Part shown: positions 49,184 through 59,619 of the stretch, in pieces
Numbering within the stretch: the first letter of the stretch is position 1
Layout: each line of letters starts with the position of its first letter
Assembly: GCA_902805655.1 (NCBI GenBank)
Contig: CADCTF010000001.1
Coordinates: 42,953-106,952 of the forward strand
Direction of reading: 5' to 3'
DNA: 64,000 bases
Source: an uncultured Acidimicrobiales bacterium
Lineage (GTDB): Bacteria; Actinomycetota; Acidimicrobiia; Acidimicrobiales; CADCTF01
Program-made: the position numbers and the translations under genes
The notes under the pieces: model-generated
Databases searched by the model: none
What the model was told of the DNA's origin: nothing
What the model saw: the letters and a program-made list of their open reading frames with translations, nothing else

Positions 49184-51216
49184 GAGCGGCCGCTCGCGGC
49201 GACCGCCCCCACGGACTCGGCGTCGGGGTCGGTGGCCAGCTCGGCCGGTACCACCAGGGCCACTCGGTCGTCATCGTCGGAGACCCGGTGGGCGGAGACG
49301 CGGTCCGTCGGACGGCGCCGCCGGCTCGGAACCGCAGCCATGGCCGTGCCGAGGGCCATGAGCCCCGAACCGATCCACAGCCACACCACCAGGGGCTGGA
49401 CGTTGACCCCGAGCAGGATCGGCCCTTCGGGGCCGTCGGCGGTCTGGATCAGCGTGAGGTAGACGTCCTCGGTGAGTCCCGTGCGCACCGACGGGGTGCC
49501 GATCGCCTGGGTGGCGTTCGGGAAGGTCGACAGGGCCGGTGCGTAGGCCTTGCCGTCGTCGATGCGAACCGATGCCTCGACCGACCTGCGGTTCGGGTAG
49601 TCGACGGTGCGACTCCCTTCGTAGGTGACGCGGTGGCCGAGCACGTTGGCGGACTCGCCCGGCCGCAGGCGGACCTCGGCCCGCTCGCCGTACGACTGAG
49701 CCGCGGCGAACGCGACGGCCACGAGGATCACGCCGAGGTGGACGATCATCCCGCCGTTCGTGCGTCCCACCAGACCCCGCCAGCCCTGTCGCCGCACACC
49801 GAGCGCCAGCTGACGGACGGCCGCTCCGGCGCCGAAGCCGCCCATGCCGAAGGCCAGCAGCGGCGCCAGGCCCCGTGCTCCGACCACGACGGCCACCACG
49901 GTTGCGATCGTCCCGGCCCACGCCGGCCAGAGCAGGCGATCTCGGAGCAGCTCGCCCGACGCCTTGCGCCACGGCAGCATCGGGGCGACCGCCATCAGGA
50001 ACAGGAGGGCGATGCCGATCGGCATGGTCATCCGGTCGAAGTACGGGCGCCCGATCGAGATGCGGTCGTCGTTGACCGCCTCGATCACCAGGGGGAAGAC
50101 GGTGCCCAGCAGCACGACGAAGGCGAAGGCGGCGAAGAGGACGTTGTTGGCCAGGAAGGCGCCCTCGCGAGAGAACGGGGAGTCGATGGCGCCGGGTGAC
50201 CGGAGCTGGTCGCCCCGCCAGCCGATGAGCCCCACCGACAGCACGACCACCACGCCGAAGAACACGAGGAGGGCCGGACCGATCGGGGACTCGGTGAAGG
50301 CGTGCACCGACTCCAGCACGCCGGACCGGGTGATGAAGGTGCCGAGGATGGTGAGCGAGAACGTCGACACGAGGAGCGACAGGTTCCACACGCGGAGCAT
50401 CCCGCGGCGTTCCTGCACCATCACCGAGTGGACGAAGGCGGTGCCGGTGAGCCAGGGGAGGAAGGAGGCGTTCTCCACCGGGTCCCACGCCCAGAAGCCG
50501 CCCCACCCGAGCACCTCGTAGCTCCACCATGCGCCCAGAGCGATGCCGAGCGAGAGGAAGCCCCACGCGCAGAGCGTCCACCGCCGGGTCTCGATCAGCC
50601 AACCCTCGCCGATGCTCCCGGTCACGAGGGCGGCCGTGGCGAAGGCGAAGGGCACGGTGAAGCCGACGTAGCCCAGGTAGAGCATCGGGGGATGGATGGC
50701 CATCAGCGGATGGTTCTGCAGCAAGGGGTTCGGGCCGGGCCCGTCGAGAGGCACCGCGCCCGCCACGGTACGGAACGGGTTGGCCGGCCCGACCATGAGC
50801 CCGAAGAAGAAGGCGGTCACCGCGAACGCGGTGACCATGGCCCACGCCACGAGCGGGTCGGCCGCACGGTCGCGAAAGCGCCAGGCCATGAGCGCCAGGT
50901 AGCCCGCCAGCACGATGCCCCACAGCAGGATCGACCCCTCGAGGGCCGACCACATGGTGGCGACCTTGTACAGCAGCGGCGTGGAGCGTGCGGAGTTCTC
51001 GGCGACGAACTCGAGCGAGAAGTCGTTGGTCAACAGGCCGCGCTCCATGGCGGCGCCGCCGACGAGGGCTGCGCCCAGCACGACCCAGGCGTAGCGGTGG
51101 CCGGCGCGGCGCAGCGCCGGCTTGCCCTTGATCAGGCCGGCGATCGAGGTGACCGCCCCGAACACCGCCGCGAGCAGGCCCAGCAGCACCGCCGCCTGGC
51201 CGACGGCGCCGTTCAC
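49180..51216 (-). CDS. ccmF: cytochrome c heme lyase subunit CcmF
   Basis: 678 aa, polytopic. WWD-type motif GWGGFWAWDPVENASFLPW. GTGA overlap with the ccmE stop. Confidence 0.92.
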   Translation of the reverse strand: MNGAVGQAAVLLGLLAAVFGAVTSIAGLIKGKPALRRAGHRYAWVVLGAALVGGAAMERGLLTNDFSLEFVAENSARSTPLLYKVATMWSALEGSILLWGIVLAGYLALMAWRFRDRAADPLVAWAMVTAFAVTAFFFGLMVGPANPFRTVAGAVPLDGPGPNPLLQNHPLMAIHPPMLYLGYVGFTVPFAFATAALVTGSIGEGWLIETRRWTLCAWGFLSLGIALGAWWSYEVLGWGGFWAWDPVENASFLPWLTGTAFVHSVMVQERRGMLRVWNLSLLVSTFSLTILGTFITRSGVLESVHAFTESPIGPALLVFFGVVVVLSVGLIGWRGDQLRSPGAIDSPFSREGAFLANNVLFAAFAFVVLLGTVFPLVIEAVNDDRISIGRPYFDRMTMPIGIALLFLMAVAPMLPWRKASGELLRDRLLWPAWAGTIATVVAVVVGARGLAPLLAFGMGGFGAGAAVRQLALGVRRQGWRGLVGRTNGGMIVHLGVILVAVAFAAAQSYGERAEVRLRPGESANVLGHRVTYEGSRTVDYPNRRSVEASVRIDDGKAYAPALSTFPNATQAIGTPSVRTGLTEDVYLTLIQTADGPEGPILLGVNVQPLVVWLWIGSGLMALGTAMAAVPSRRRRPTDRVSAHRVSDDDDRVALVVPAELATDPDAESVGAVAASGRS

Positions 51217-51677
51217 GCCTGCTCCTTGCCCACGTAGTCGTCAGTGCGCTCCGGGTTCTGCTCCCGGTACTCGTTGGTGTGCTTCACCATGATCTCGTCG
51301 CTCTGGTACCGGCTGCCGTCGTCGCTCCAACGACCTTCCAGCACCACGGGGATGCCGGCCTTGAACAGCTCGGGCGGGTCGCCTCGGTGGCTGACCGGCA
51401 TGCGGATCCCTGCGCTGATGATCTCGAACTCGACCGTGTCACCCGCCGGCCGGACGGTGTCGGTGACGAGGCCCTCCACGCGGAAGCGGCGGGTGCCGAG
51501 ATCGTCCTTCTGCTGCACGGCCTCGTGAGCGGTGAGGAAGTAGACGGTGGCGTCGCCGAGGCCCTTGACGACGAGGAAGCCCATGGCGGCCACGACGATG
51601 GCGATCACCACGGCGATGCGCCGGCGGTTGGTGCCCGTCGCGCGGACGGGGGGCGAGGGCTGGTGGACGGCGGTCAT
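51213..51677 (-). CDS. ccmE: heme chaperone CcmE
   Basis: From ATG 51677. N-terminal TM, OB-fold region (RFRVEGLV...VEFEI...PELFKAGIPVVLEGRW) and an HxxxY heme-binding motif (KHTNEY). Confidence 0.88.
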   Translation of the reverse strand: MTAVHQPSPPVRATGTNRRRIAVVIAIVVAAMGFLVVKGLGDATVYFLTAHEAVQQKDDLGTRRFRVEGLVTDTVRPAGDTVEFEIISAGIRMPVSHRGDPPELFKAGIPVVLEGRWSDDGSRYQSDEIMVKHTNEYREQNPERTDDYVGKEQA

Positions 51678-51778
51678 CACTTGCTCCGGACGAGCTTGCG
51701 CTGGCGGGCCAGCAGGTAGGCGGCATAGGCGCCGAGCGTCATGAAGGTGGCGCCGTAGCCGGCGAGGACGTAGCTCAC
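51677..51778 (-). CDS. ccmD: heme exporter small subunit CcmD
   Basis: 33-aa single-TM peptide VSYVLAGYGATFMTLGAYAAYLLARQRKLVRSK. GTGA overlap with the ccmC stop and 1-nt (TGATG) overlap with the ccmE start. Called from position and topology. Confidence 0.6.
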   Translation of the reverse strand: MSYVLAGYGATFMTLGAYAAYLLARQRKLVRSK

Positions 51779-52524
51779 GAGCCCACCACCGCGCCGCCGT
51801 CGGGAGCGCCGGAGACGGCACCGTCGTGGGCCTCGGCCCTCCGCTCGGCGAGGGCGACAGCGAGGTCGGCGCCGCGGTTCTCCTCTTCCAGCCGCTCGAG
51901 CCGGATGCGGTGGATCAGCAGCCAGGCGTACACGAGCATCATCGCCACCATGCCGAGGAACATGGCGCGGAGGTACGAGCCGTCGAGGTTGCTCGACGGG
52001 GCGAGCGTGGCGGCCGATCGACCCTGGTGCAGCGTGCGCCACCACGTCACCGCGAAGTGGTTGATCGGCACGACGAGAACAGCCGCGACGCCCGTGACGG
52101 CCGAGATGATCGCCCGCCGATCGACGTCCATGTCGACCTTGCGAAGGGCCACGTAGCCGAAGAGCAACGCCAGCATCAGCGCACTCAGGGTCAGGCGGGC
52201 GTCCCAGACCCACCACGTGCCCCATGTCGGCCTGCCCCAGATCGAGCCGGTGACGAGCATGAGGGCGGTGAACACCACGCCGACCTCGCCCGACGCGCCC
52301 GCCAGCCGGTCCCACTTGCGTGACCGTGTGGCCGGGAGGAGGTACAGGAGGCTGCCCAGAGCCATGACCCCGAAGGCGATGTAGGCGGTCCAGGCGAGGG
52401 CCGGGTGGACGGCGATGAGGCGTGCGTAGCCGGCCTGCTCCTCCGTGGGAGGCAGCCGCCACCCGACCACGAGGGTGGCCACCAGGGACACCGCCGCCAG
52501 CAGCCCCAGGATGCGGGTCTTCAT
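51775..52524 (-). CDS. ccmC: heme exporter/heme-handling protein CcmC
   Basis: From ATG 52524 in ORF 51775..52965. WWD motif WGRPTWGTWWVWDARL. About 6 TM. Confidence 0.9.
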   Translation of the reverse strand: MKTRILGLLAAVSLVATLVVGWRLPPTEEQAGYARLIAVHPALAWTAYIAFGVMALGSLLYLLPATRSRKWDRLAGASGEVGVVFTALMLVTGSIWGRPTWGTWWVWDARLTLSALMLALLFGYVALRKVDMDVDRRAIISAVTGVAAVLVVPINHFAVTWWRTLHQGRSAATLAPSSNLDGSYLRAMFLGMVAMMLVYAWLLIHRIRLERLEEENRGADLAVALAERRAEAHDGAVSGAPDGGAVVGS

Positions 52525-52537
52525 GCGCTCACCGTCT

Positions 52538-53206
52538 TCACGCTTCCTCGAGCAGGGGGCCGAAGGCGACGACCCCGAAGGCCACGTAGACCGCGGCGAA
52601 GGCGCCCAGCAGCCGCAGCCAGGGCCACCCTTGGTCGGACTGTCCGTCGAGCGCCGCCTCCCACGCCTTGGTGGCGGCCAGCACGACCGGGGCCGCGACC
52701 GGCACGAGCAGCAGCGGCAGCAGGGTCTCACGAACACGAAGTCCGGCGGCGAGCACGCCGGCCAGCGTGCCCGCGGCGGCGAGGCCGGCGGTCGCGGCCA
52801 GGCAGGTGAGGGCGAGAACCGTGCCGCCCCGGAGCTCGGTGCCGTAGAGCACCACGACTCCCACCCCGAGCAGCACCTCCAGCACGAGCAGCTGGCCCGC
52901 GATGGCCGCGGCCTTGCCGAGGAAGATGCCGGCGGGATCGAGGCCCGAGAGCCGCAGGCCGTCACGGGCGCCGTCGGCTGCCTCGACCGCGAAGCTGCGC
53001 TGTATGGCGAGCAGAGCGCTGAAGGTGACGGCGATCCAGTACAACCCGGGGGCAGCCGAGGCCAGCAGTCCCCGATCTGGGTCGAGAGCGAACGCGAACA
53101 GCACGAGCACGAGCACCGCGAACGGAGCCACCTGGTTGAGCGCCACGCGCGAGCGAACCTCCACCCGGAGGTCCTTCGCGCCGACGAGCAGCGCGTCCCT
53201 AAGCAC
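52538..53206 (-). CDS. ccmB: heme exporter permease CcmB
   Basis: From GTG 53206 (8-nt overlap with ccmA). About 6 TM. ...LLAIQRSFAVE...DGLRLSGLDP... pattern of CcmB. Confidence 0.8.
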   Translation of the reverse strand: MLRDALLVGAKDLRVEVRSRVALNQVAPFAVLVLVLFAFALDPDRGLLASAAPGLYWIAVTFSALLAIQRSFAVEAADGARDGLRLSGLDPAGIFLGKAAAIAGQLLVLEVLLGVGVVVLYGTELRGGTVLALTCLAATAGLAAAGTLAGVLAAGLRVRETLLPLLLVPVAAPVVLAATKAWEAALDGQSDQGWPWLRLLGAFAAVYVAFGVVAFGPLLEEA

Positions 53207-53882
53207 CGGCGGCCGCCGTGTTCGCCAGCGTGCCGGGTGACGCGGCAGGGGTGACCGAACCACCGGAGACCACCAGCATCCGAGGCGTCAGCGCGGCCGC
53301 GCGCTCGAGCTCGTGGGAGGCGATCACCACGGTGGCGCCGGCTGCGGCAGCCTCCAGCACGAGCTCGTCGACGAGGTCACGCCCGGCCGCGTCGATGCCG
53401 GCATGTGGCTCGTCGAGCAGCCACAGCTCGGGGCGCCTGGCCTCCAGCACGGCGAGCGCGACCCGCCGCCGCTGCCCGGCGGAGAGCCGGCCGGCGGCAA
53501 CGCCTCGCAGGCGACCGGACAGGCCGAGTCGCACCAGAGCGGCCTCCACCGCAGCCGTGCCGGCTCCTGCGGCACGCAAAGCGAAGAGGACGTTGTCCTC
53601 CACCGTGAGGTCGTCGTAGAGGAAGGTGGCGTGCCCGAGCAGGCCGACCCGCCGGCGCGCCGCTCGAGGGTGCCGGCGCAGATCGTGGCCCAGGATCTCG
53701 GCCTCGCCCTCGACGACGGGCACCAGCCCGGCGCACGCGCGCAAGAGGGTCGACTTCCCAGCGCCGTTCGGACCGGAGAGGTGGACCACCTCACCCGCTT
53801 CGACGAGGAGGTCGGCACCGGCGAGAGCTGGGAAGCGACCGAGCAGGACGACGGCGCGGTGCATGCGGATGGCAGGGGCCAT
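53199..53882 (-). CDS. ccmA: heme ABC exporter ATP-binding protein CcmA
   Basis: 227 aa. Walker A GPNGAGKST, signature LSAGQRRR, Walker B LWLLDEPHAGID. Confidence 0.85.
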   Translation of the reverse strand: MAPAIRMHRAVVLLGRFPALAGADLLVEAGEVVHLSGPNGAGKSTLLRACAGLVPVVEGEAEILGHDLRRHPRAARRRVGLLGHATFLYDDLTVEDNVLFALRAAGAGTAAVEAALVRLGLSGRLRGVAAGRLSAGQRRRVALAVLEARRPELWLLDEPHAGIDAAGRDLVDELVLEAAAAGATVVIASHELERAAALTPRMLVVSGGSVTPAASPGTLANTAAAGA

Positions 53883-53962
53883 GGCGACTGGTCCATGCTA
53901 CGGCCGCCCCCCCGAGTACCACCAAGCCTGGGCGGCGCGCCGCCGTGGTGGCGTCACACGTC

Positions 53963-53968
53963 TACGTT
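53963..53968 (+). promoter_or_regulatory. putative -10 hexamer TACGTT, 8 nt before GTG 53977
   Basis: TANNNT at leaderless spacing in the ccmA/sortase divergent region. Confidence 0.4.
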
Positions 53969-53976
53969 GAGAGGTT

Positions 53977-55014
53977 GTGGGAGTGCGCAGGGTGATGGCC
54001 GGCACCGGCCGGGTGATGATCGCCTCCGGCGTGCTCATCCTGTTGTTCGTGGCCCACCAGCTCTGGGGCACCGGGATCGCCGAGGCCCGAAGCCAGGACG
54101 CGCTTCGCGACGAGTTCACTGCGACGCTCGGGGCGCCGACGACCACGTCGACCACGACGGCGCCATCGGCCACGTCGACGACGCAGGGCTCGGCCGGCAC
54201 CGTCGCTCCGCCGGTGACCAGCCCGCCTCCGACCCAGCCGCGAGTGCCCCCGACGCCCAAGGGTGACGCAGTGGCGGTGATCGAGATCCCTCGCATCCGG
54301 CTCGAGAAGGCGGTGGTGGAGGGCACGACCGTCGCCGCGCTCAAGAAGGGCCCAGGGCGCTTCTCCGGCATGCCGCTGCCCGGCCAGCCCGGCAATGCCG
54401 CCATCGCGGGCCACCGGACGACGTACGGAGCACCGTTCGGCCGGCTCGACGAGCTGCGGCCGGGCGACGAGATCGTGGTCACCACCCGGCAGGGGCGCTT
54501 CACGTATCGCGTGAGCGGCACGCAGGTGGTGAAGCCCTCGGACAACTGGGTGCTCGACCCGACCGAGGACAACCGATTGACGCTGACAACGTGCCACCCG
54601 CGCTACAGCGCGGCGCAACGCCTCATCGTCACGGCCTTGCTGGACGACACGCCGGCACCGGCCACCCCGCCCGAAGCGCCGTCCGACCCATCTCAGGGCG
54701 GTGAGCCGAGCTCGCCCACCGCGGAAGAGCCGACTGTCGAGGAAGAGGCGGAGGGCGAGCTGCCGCCCGAGGACCCGGCCGAGGGCGGGGAGGGCAGCGA
54801 GGAGCCCTCGTTGCTCGATGTGTCGGGCCAGACCGCCGACAAGGGGCCGGCCATCACCTGGGGTCTGGCGGCGGCCGCCGTGTGGCTGGCGGCCTGGGCC
54901 GCGTCACGGCGGGTCCCCAAGCTCGTCGCCTACGCGCTCGGTGTGCCGGTGTTCGCAGTCGTCCTGTTCCAGTTCTTCGAGAACTTCGCCCGGTTGCTCC
55001 CCGCCAACGTCTGA
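53977..55014 (+). CDS. sortase (class E-like) with unusual C-terminal acidic linker and two extra TM helices
   Basis: 345 aa. N-terminal anchor, Thr/Pro-rich linker, catalytic His (AIAGHRTTYG), TLTTCHP Cys motif and Arg (AQRLIV). This is followed by an about 120-aa extension. Confidence 0.85.
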   Translation: MGVRRVMAGTGRVMIASGVLILLFVAHQLWGTGIAEARSQDALRDEFTATLGAPTTTSTTTAPSATSTTQGSAGTVAPPVTSPPPTQPRVPPTPKGDAVAVIEIPRIRLEKAVVEGTTVAALKKGPGRFSGMPLPGQPGNAAIAGHRTTYGAPFGRLDELRPGDEIVVTTRQGRFTYRVSGTQVVKPSDNWVLDPTEDNRLTLTTCHPRYSAAQRLIVTALLDDTPAPATPPEAPSDPSQGGEPSSPTAEEPTVEEEAEGELPPEDPAEGGEGSEEPSLLDVSGQTADKGPAITWGLAAAAVWLAAWAASRRVPKLVAYALGVPVFAVVLFQFFENFARLLPANV

Positions 55015-55049
55015 CCGCTCCCGTCCCGTCCGCTCGATTAGCAGCTCGG

Positions 55050-55787
55050 TCAGATCGCGGTCAGCCGGCCGAGGCCGATGGCCTCCATGAGCTCGATGAT
55101 GACGACGGCGACCCGGCCGAGGCGGTTGGTGAGCAACAGGACCCCGAATCCCACGAGCAGCGCCCCGGACACGGCGTTGATCGCTCCGAAGTGCCGCTTC
55201 ACCCAGGAGAAGAGCCCGGTCAGCCGGCCGATGCCAAGGCCGGCGGCCACGAACGGCACGCCGAGGCCGAGCGAGTACATCACCAGTAGCCCGACCCCCT
55301 CGCCGAGTGACTCCCGCGTCGCCGCCGTGGCCAGGACGACGGAGAGGATCGGCCCGATGCAGGGGGTCCAGCCGAAGGCGAACGCCATGCCCATCACCGG
55401 GGGGGCCAGGGTGCCGAGCCGGTCGGGCAGCACGGTCACCCGTCGTTCCCGCATCAGCACGGCGGGGCGGATGACGCCGGCGATGAACAGCCCCATGACG
55501 ATCACCAGCACTCCCGCCAGCTGGTTGAGGCCGCGCTGGCGGGCGAGCAGGAACTGACCGAGCAGCGTGGAGGTCACACCGAGCGCGGTGAAGACAAGGG
55601 TGAAACCGGCGACGAACAGCAGCGTCGAACGCAGGAGCCGCCGCATGTCCGAGCCTCTGGGGGTGGCCAGCTGGGCCGTGCCGACGCCGGACATCAGCGA
55701 CAGGTAGCCCGGCACGAGCGGCAGCACGCACGGTGAGAGGAACGACACCATGCCGGCCCCGAAGGCGAGGGCGAACCTACCGACCAC
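55050..55787 (-). CDS. ccdA: cytochrome c biogenesis thiol-reductant transporter CcdA (DsbD family)
   Basis: From GVG 55787 reading frame, i.e. GTG 55787 in ORF 55050..55844. FLSPCVLPLVPGYL and WTPCIGPIL conserved Cys motifs. About 6 TM. Confidence 0.87.
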   Translation of the reverse strand: MVGRFALAFGAGMVSFLSPCVLPLVPGYLSLMSGVGTAQLATPRGSDMRRLLRSTLLFVAGFTLVFTALGVTSTLLGQFLLARQRGLNQLAGVLVIVMGLFIAGVIRPAVLMRERRVTVLPDRLGTLAPPVMGMAFAFGWTPCIGPILSVVLATAATRESLGEGVGLLVMYSLGLGVPFVAAGLGIGRLTGLFSWVKRHFGAINAVSGALLVGFGVLLLTNRLGRVAVVIIELMEAIGLGRLTAI

Positions 55788-56502
55788 GGAAGACGGGCGA
55801 ACGCTTCTCGGCGAACGCCACCCGTCCCTCTTGCAGGTCCTCACTCGCCCAGGCCCGACGGAAGGCCTCTGTCACCTGGGGATCCGGGTCCTGCGGCTCC
55901 AGTCGGTTGAGCGTGAGCTTGTGCCCGGCGATGGTGAGCGGCGCCATCTCGGCCATCACGGCCGCCCACGTCATGGCGTCCTCCGGCCCACCCTCGCGGT
56001 CGGCGAGGCCCAGACCGACGGCCCGGGTGCCACTGACCTCCTCGCAGGCCAGCAACATGGCCCGAGCGGGGCCGAACCCGGCCAGCAGCGCCAGCCGCTG
56101 CACCGTCCAGTGGTCGACCATGAGGCCGAGCCTGGCGGCCGGGATGCCGAAGCGGGCGTCGGGCTGGGCGACGCGCAGGTCACAGGCGATCGCGAGCTGG
56201 GTGCCGGCGCCGAGGGCCGCGCCGTGCACGGCCGCGATGGTCGGCACCGGTGCATCCCGAAGGCTGCCCAGGGCACCCCGGAGCAAGCGCGCGAAGTCGT
56301 CGTCCTCCACACCCGTGAGGTCGGCGCCGGCACAGAAGTGCGGTCCCGCCCCCGCCAGCACGATGGCGCGCGCGCCGGCTGCGCACGCGTCACCGACACG
56401 GCTGGCCAGCTCCTCGCACGTGGCCCCGTCTACGGCGTTCCGCCGCTCGGGCCGGTCGAGGGTCAGCAGCGTCACCCGATCGCGGGTCTCGACGTGGATC
56501 AC
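55777..56502 (-). CDS. enoyl-CoA hydratase/isomerase (crotonase) family protein
   Basis: 241 aa. DRPERRNAV, GAGPHFCAGADL and AAVHGAALGAGTQLAIACDLRV. Confidence 0.88.
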   Translation of the reverse strand: MIHVETRDRVTLLTLDRPERRNAVDGATCEELASRVGDACAAGARAIVLAGAGPHFCAGADLTGVEDDDFARLLRGALGSLRDAPVPTIAAVHGAALGAGTQLAIACDLRVAQPDARFGIPAARLGLMVDHWTVQRLALLAGFGPARAMLLACEEVSGTRAVGLGLADREGGPEDAMTWAAVMAEMAPLTIAGHKLTLNRLEPQDPDPQVTEAFRRAWASEDLQEGRVAFAEKRSPVFRGR

Positions 56503-56524
56503 GTGACCGACGATACCGGCGCGC

Positions 56525-58053
<1,529 letters not shown>

Positions 58054-58075
58054 CCCATTCCGACGGTCGGCCGGA

Positions 58076-58990
58076 TCAGACCGAAGCCGGCGCACCGTTC
58101 TGCAGCGGCAGCACGTCTGCGGCGACCTCGGCGATCTCGTCGTCCCAGTCGGCAGGCTCGGAAGCCGGCGCCAGGACGAACTTGCTGAAGCCCACCTCGA
58201 CGTAGCGCTCGAGCAGCCGGGAGAGGGCCGGCAGCCCCGAGGGCACCACGTCGTTCGGGTCGGCTCCCGGGCGGCGGGCGGCGATGAGCGAGGCGAGCCG
58301 ATCGGGGAGCGCCCCTCGCGAGTAGACGACGAAAGCGCCCCAGTGCTCGTCGTCGATGCGGCGTCCGGCGACGGACGCGGCTTCCTCGACGATCTTCCTT
58401 CCCTCCTGCACGCTCTCAGGCGTGCAGAAGCTGGGGAGCCAGCCGTCACCGAGGCGCCCGACCCGCCGCAGCTCGCCCGGGGCCGCCCCACCCATCCACA
58501 CCTCGAGCGGATCCTGCACCGGTCGGGGCCGCACGGTCACTCCCTCGTAGTCGTACCGGGCGCCGTGGTGGGTGACGTCGTCCTCCGCCCACAGCCGACG
58601 CAGCAGGGGGAGCACCTCGTTGAAGGTCTTGGCCCGGTCCTCGCGTGCGATGCCGAACGCCTGCTGTTCGGCCGGGTTGGCCACGCCCAGCCCGAACGCC
58701 GGCAGCAGTCGTCCGTTCGACAGGTGGTCGAGGCTGGCCAGCTCCTTGGCCAGCAGCACGGGGTTCCGGCCCGGCAGCACCAGCACGCTGAAGCCCAGCT
58801 TCAGCCGCGTGGTGCGTCCCGCCACGTAGGAGAGCCCGACGATGGGGTCGACCGCCGGACCCGTGACCCGCTCGGACAACCACAGCGAGTCGAACCGGTG
58901 CCGCTCCAGGGCGTCGGCGAGCCGGCCGAGCCGCTCACCACCGCCCGTGGAGGTGGACGTTCCCAGGCCGTAGCCGATTCGCACCTTCAT
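58076..58990 (-). CDS. LLM-class F420-dependent oxidoreductase
   Basis: 304 aa. MKVRIGYGLG...FDSLWLSER...LASLDHLSNGRLLPAFGLG.... GGAG 7 nt upstream of the ATG. Confidence 0.85.
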   Translation of the reverse strand: MKVRIGYGLGTSTSTGGGERLGRLADALERHRFDSLWLSERVTGPAVDPIVGLSYVAGRTTRLKLGFSVLVLPGRNPVLLAKELASLDHLSNGRLLPAFGLGVANPAEQQAFGIAREDRAKTFNEVLPLLRRLWAEDDVTHHGARYDYEGVTVRPRPVQDPLEVWMGGAAPGELRRVGRLGDGWLPSFCTPESVQEGRKIVEEAASVAGRRIDDEHWGAFVVYSRGALPDRLASLIAARRPGADPNDVVPSGLPALSRLLERYVEVGFSKFVLAPASEPADWDDEIAEVAADVLPLQNGAPASV

Positions 58991-59044
58991 CGATGTCTCC
59001 GTTCGTGAGCGACGGGTGTCCCGGGAGCCGCCACCGACGGACGG

Positions 59045-59050
59045 TAGCGT
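59045..59050 (+). promoter_or_regulatory. putative -10 hexamer TAGCGT, 8 nt before GTG 59059
   Basis: ACGGTAGCGTGCCGCCTC-GTG. Shares the 13-mer GGTAGCGTGCCGC with the site at 24816-24828. Confidence 0.4.
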
Positions 59051-59058
59051 GCCGCCTC

Positions 59059-59619
59059 GTGGCCTTCATCGCCGTCGCCATCGTGGTCGGCGTCGCTCTG
59101 GGTCTGCTCACCGGAGGCAGCTTCGAGCGGCTGGGCACCGTCTCGTTCCGCGTCGCGCCGCTACTGGCGCTCGGTGTCGTCGTGCAGGTGATCGCCGGCT
59201 TCGTGAGCGCGCCCTGGGGGTTGCGCCTGGTGGTGACGTCGCTGTCGTTGCTGGCGGCCTTCGCACTGGCCAACCTGCACTTCGGCGGCATGGGCCTCAC
59301 CTTCCTGGGCATCGCCATGAACCTGACGGTCATCACGGTCAACGGCGGGATGCCGGTTCGCCCCGCCGCGGTGGTGGCGGCGGGCGTCTCGTCAGCCGAG
59401 GAGGCCCCCTCCCTCGACTTCGGTGCCAAGCGGCACCTGGAACGACCGGACGATCGGCTGATGTGGCTGGCCGACATCCTGCCGGTGCCGGTGGCCCGGG
59501 AGGTCCTGTCCTTCGGCGATCTGGTGATGAGCGTGGGCGTGGCCTCGCTGCTCGTCAACCTCCTCCGCCCCCGAGGGCGCCACGAGGTGCTTCAGCCCGA
59601 CGGCGGCACGAAGGTCTGA
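59059..59619 (+). CDS. DUF5317-type integral membrane protein
   Basis: In ORF 58993..59619, from GTG 59059. About 5 TM. VITVNGGMPVRP and FGDLVMSVGVASLL, as I recall for DUF5317. Confidence 0.68.
   Translation: MAFIAVAIVVGVALGLLTGGSFERLGTVSFRVAPLLALGVVVQVIAGFVSAPWGLRLVVTSLSLLAAFALANLHFGGMGLTFLGIAMNLTVITVNGGMPVRPAAVVAAGVSSAEEAPSLDFGAKRHLERPDDRLMWLADILPVPVAREVLSFGDLVMSVGVASLLVNLLRPRGRHEVLQPDGGTKV

Noticed and set aside
47389-53882. Recent horizontal acquisition of the ccm operon
   Set aside because: By eye there is no change in GC content, codon third-position bias or flanking mobile or tRNA landmarks. Only the taxonomic oddity remains, and it is reported as a finding with phylogeny as the test.
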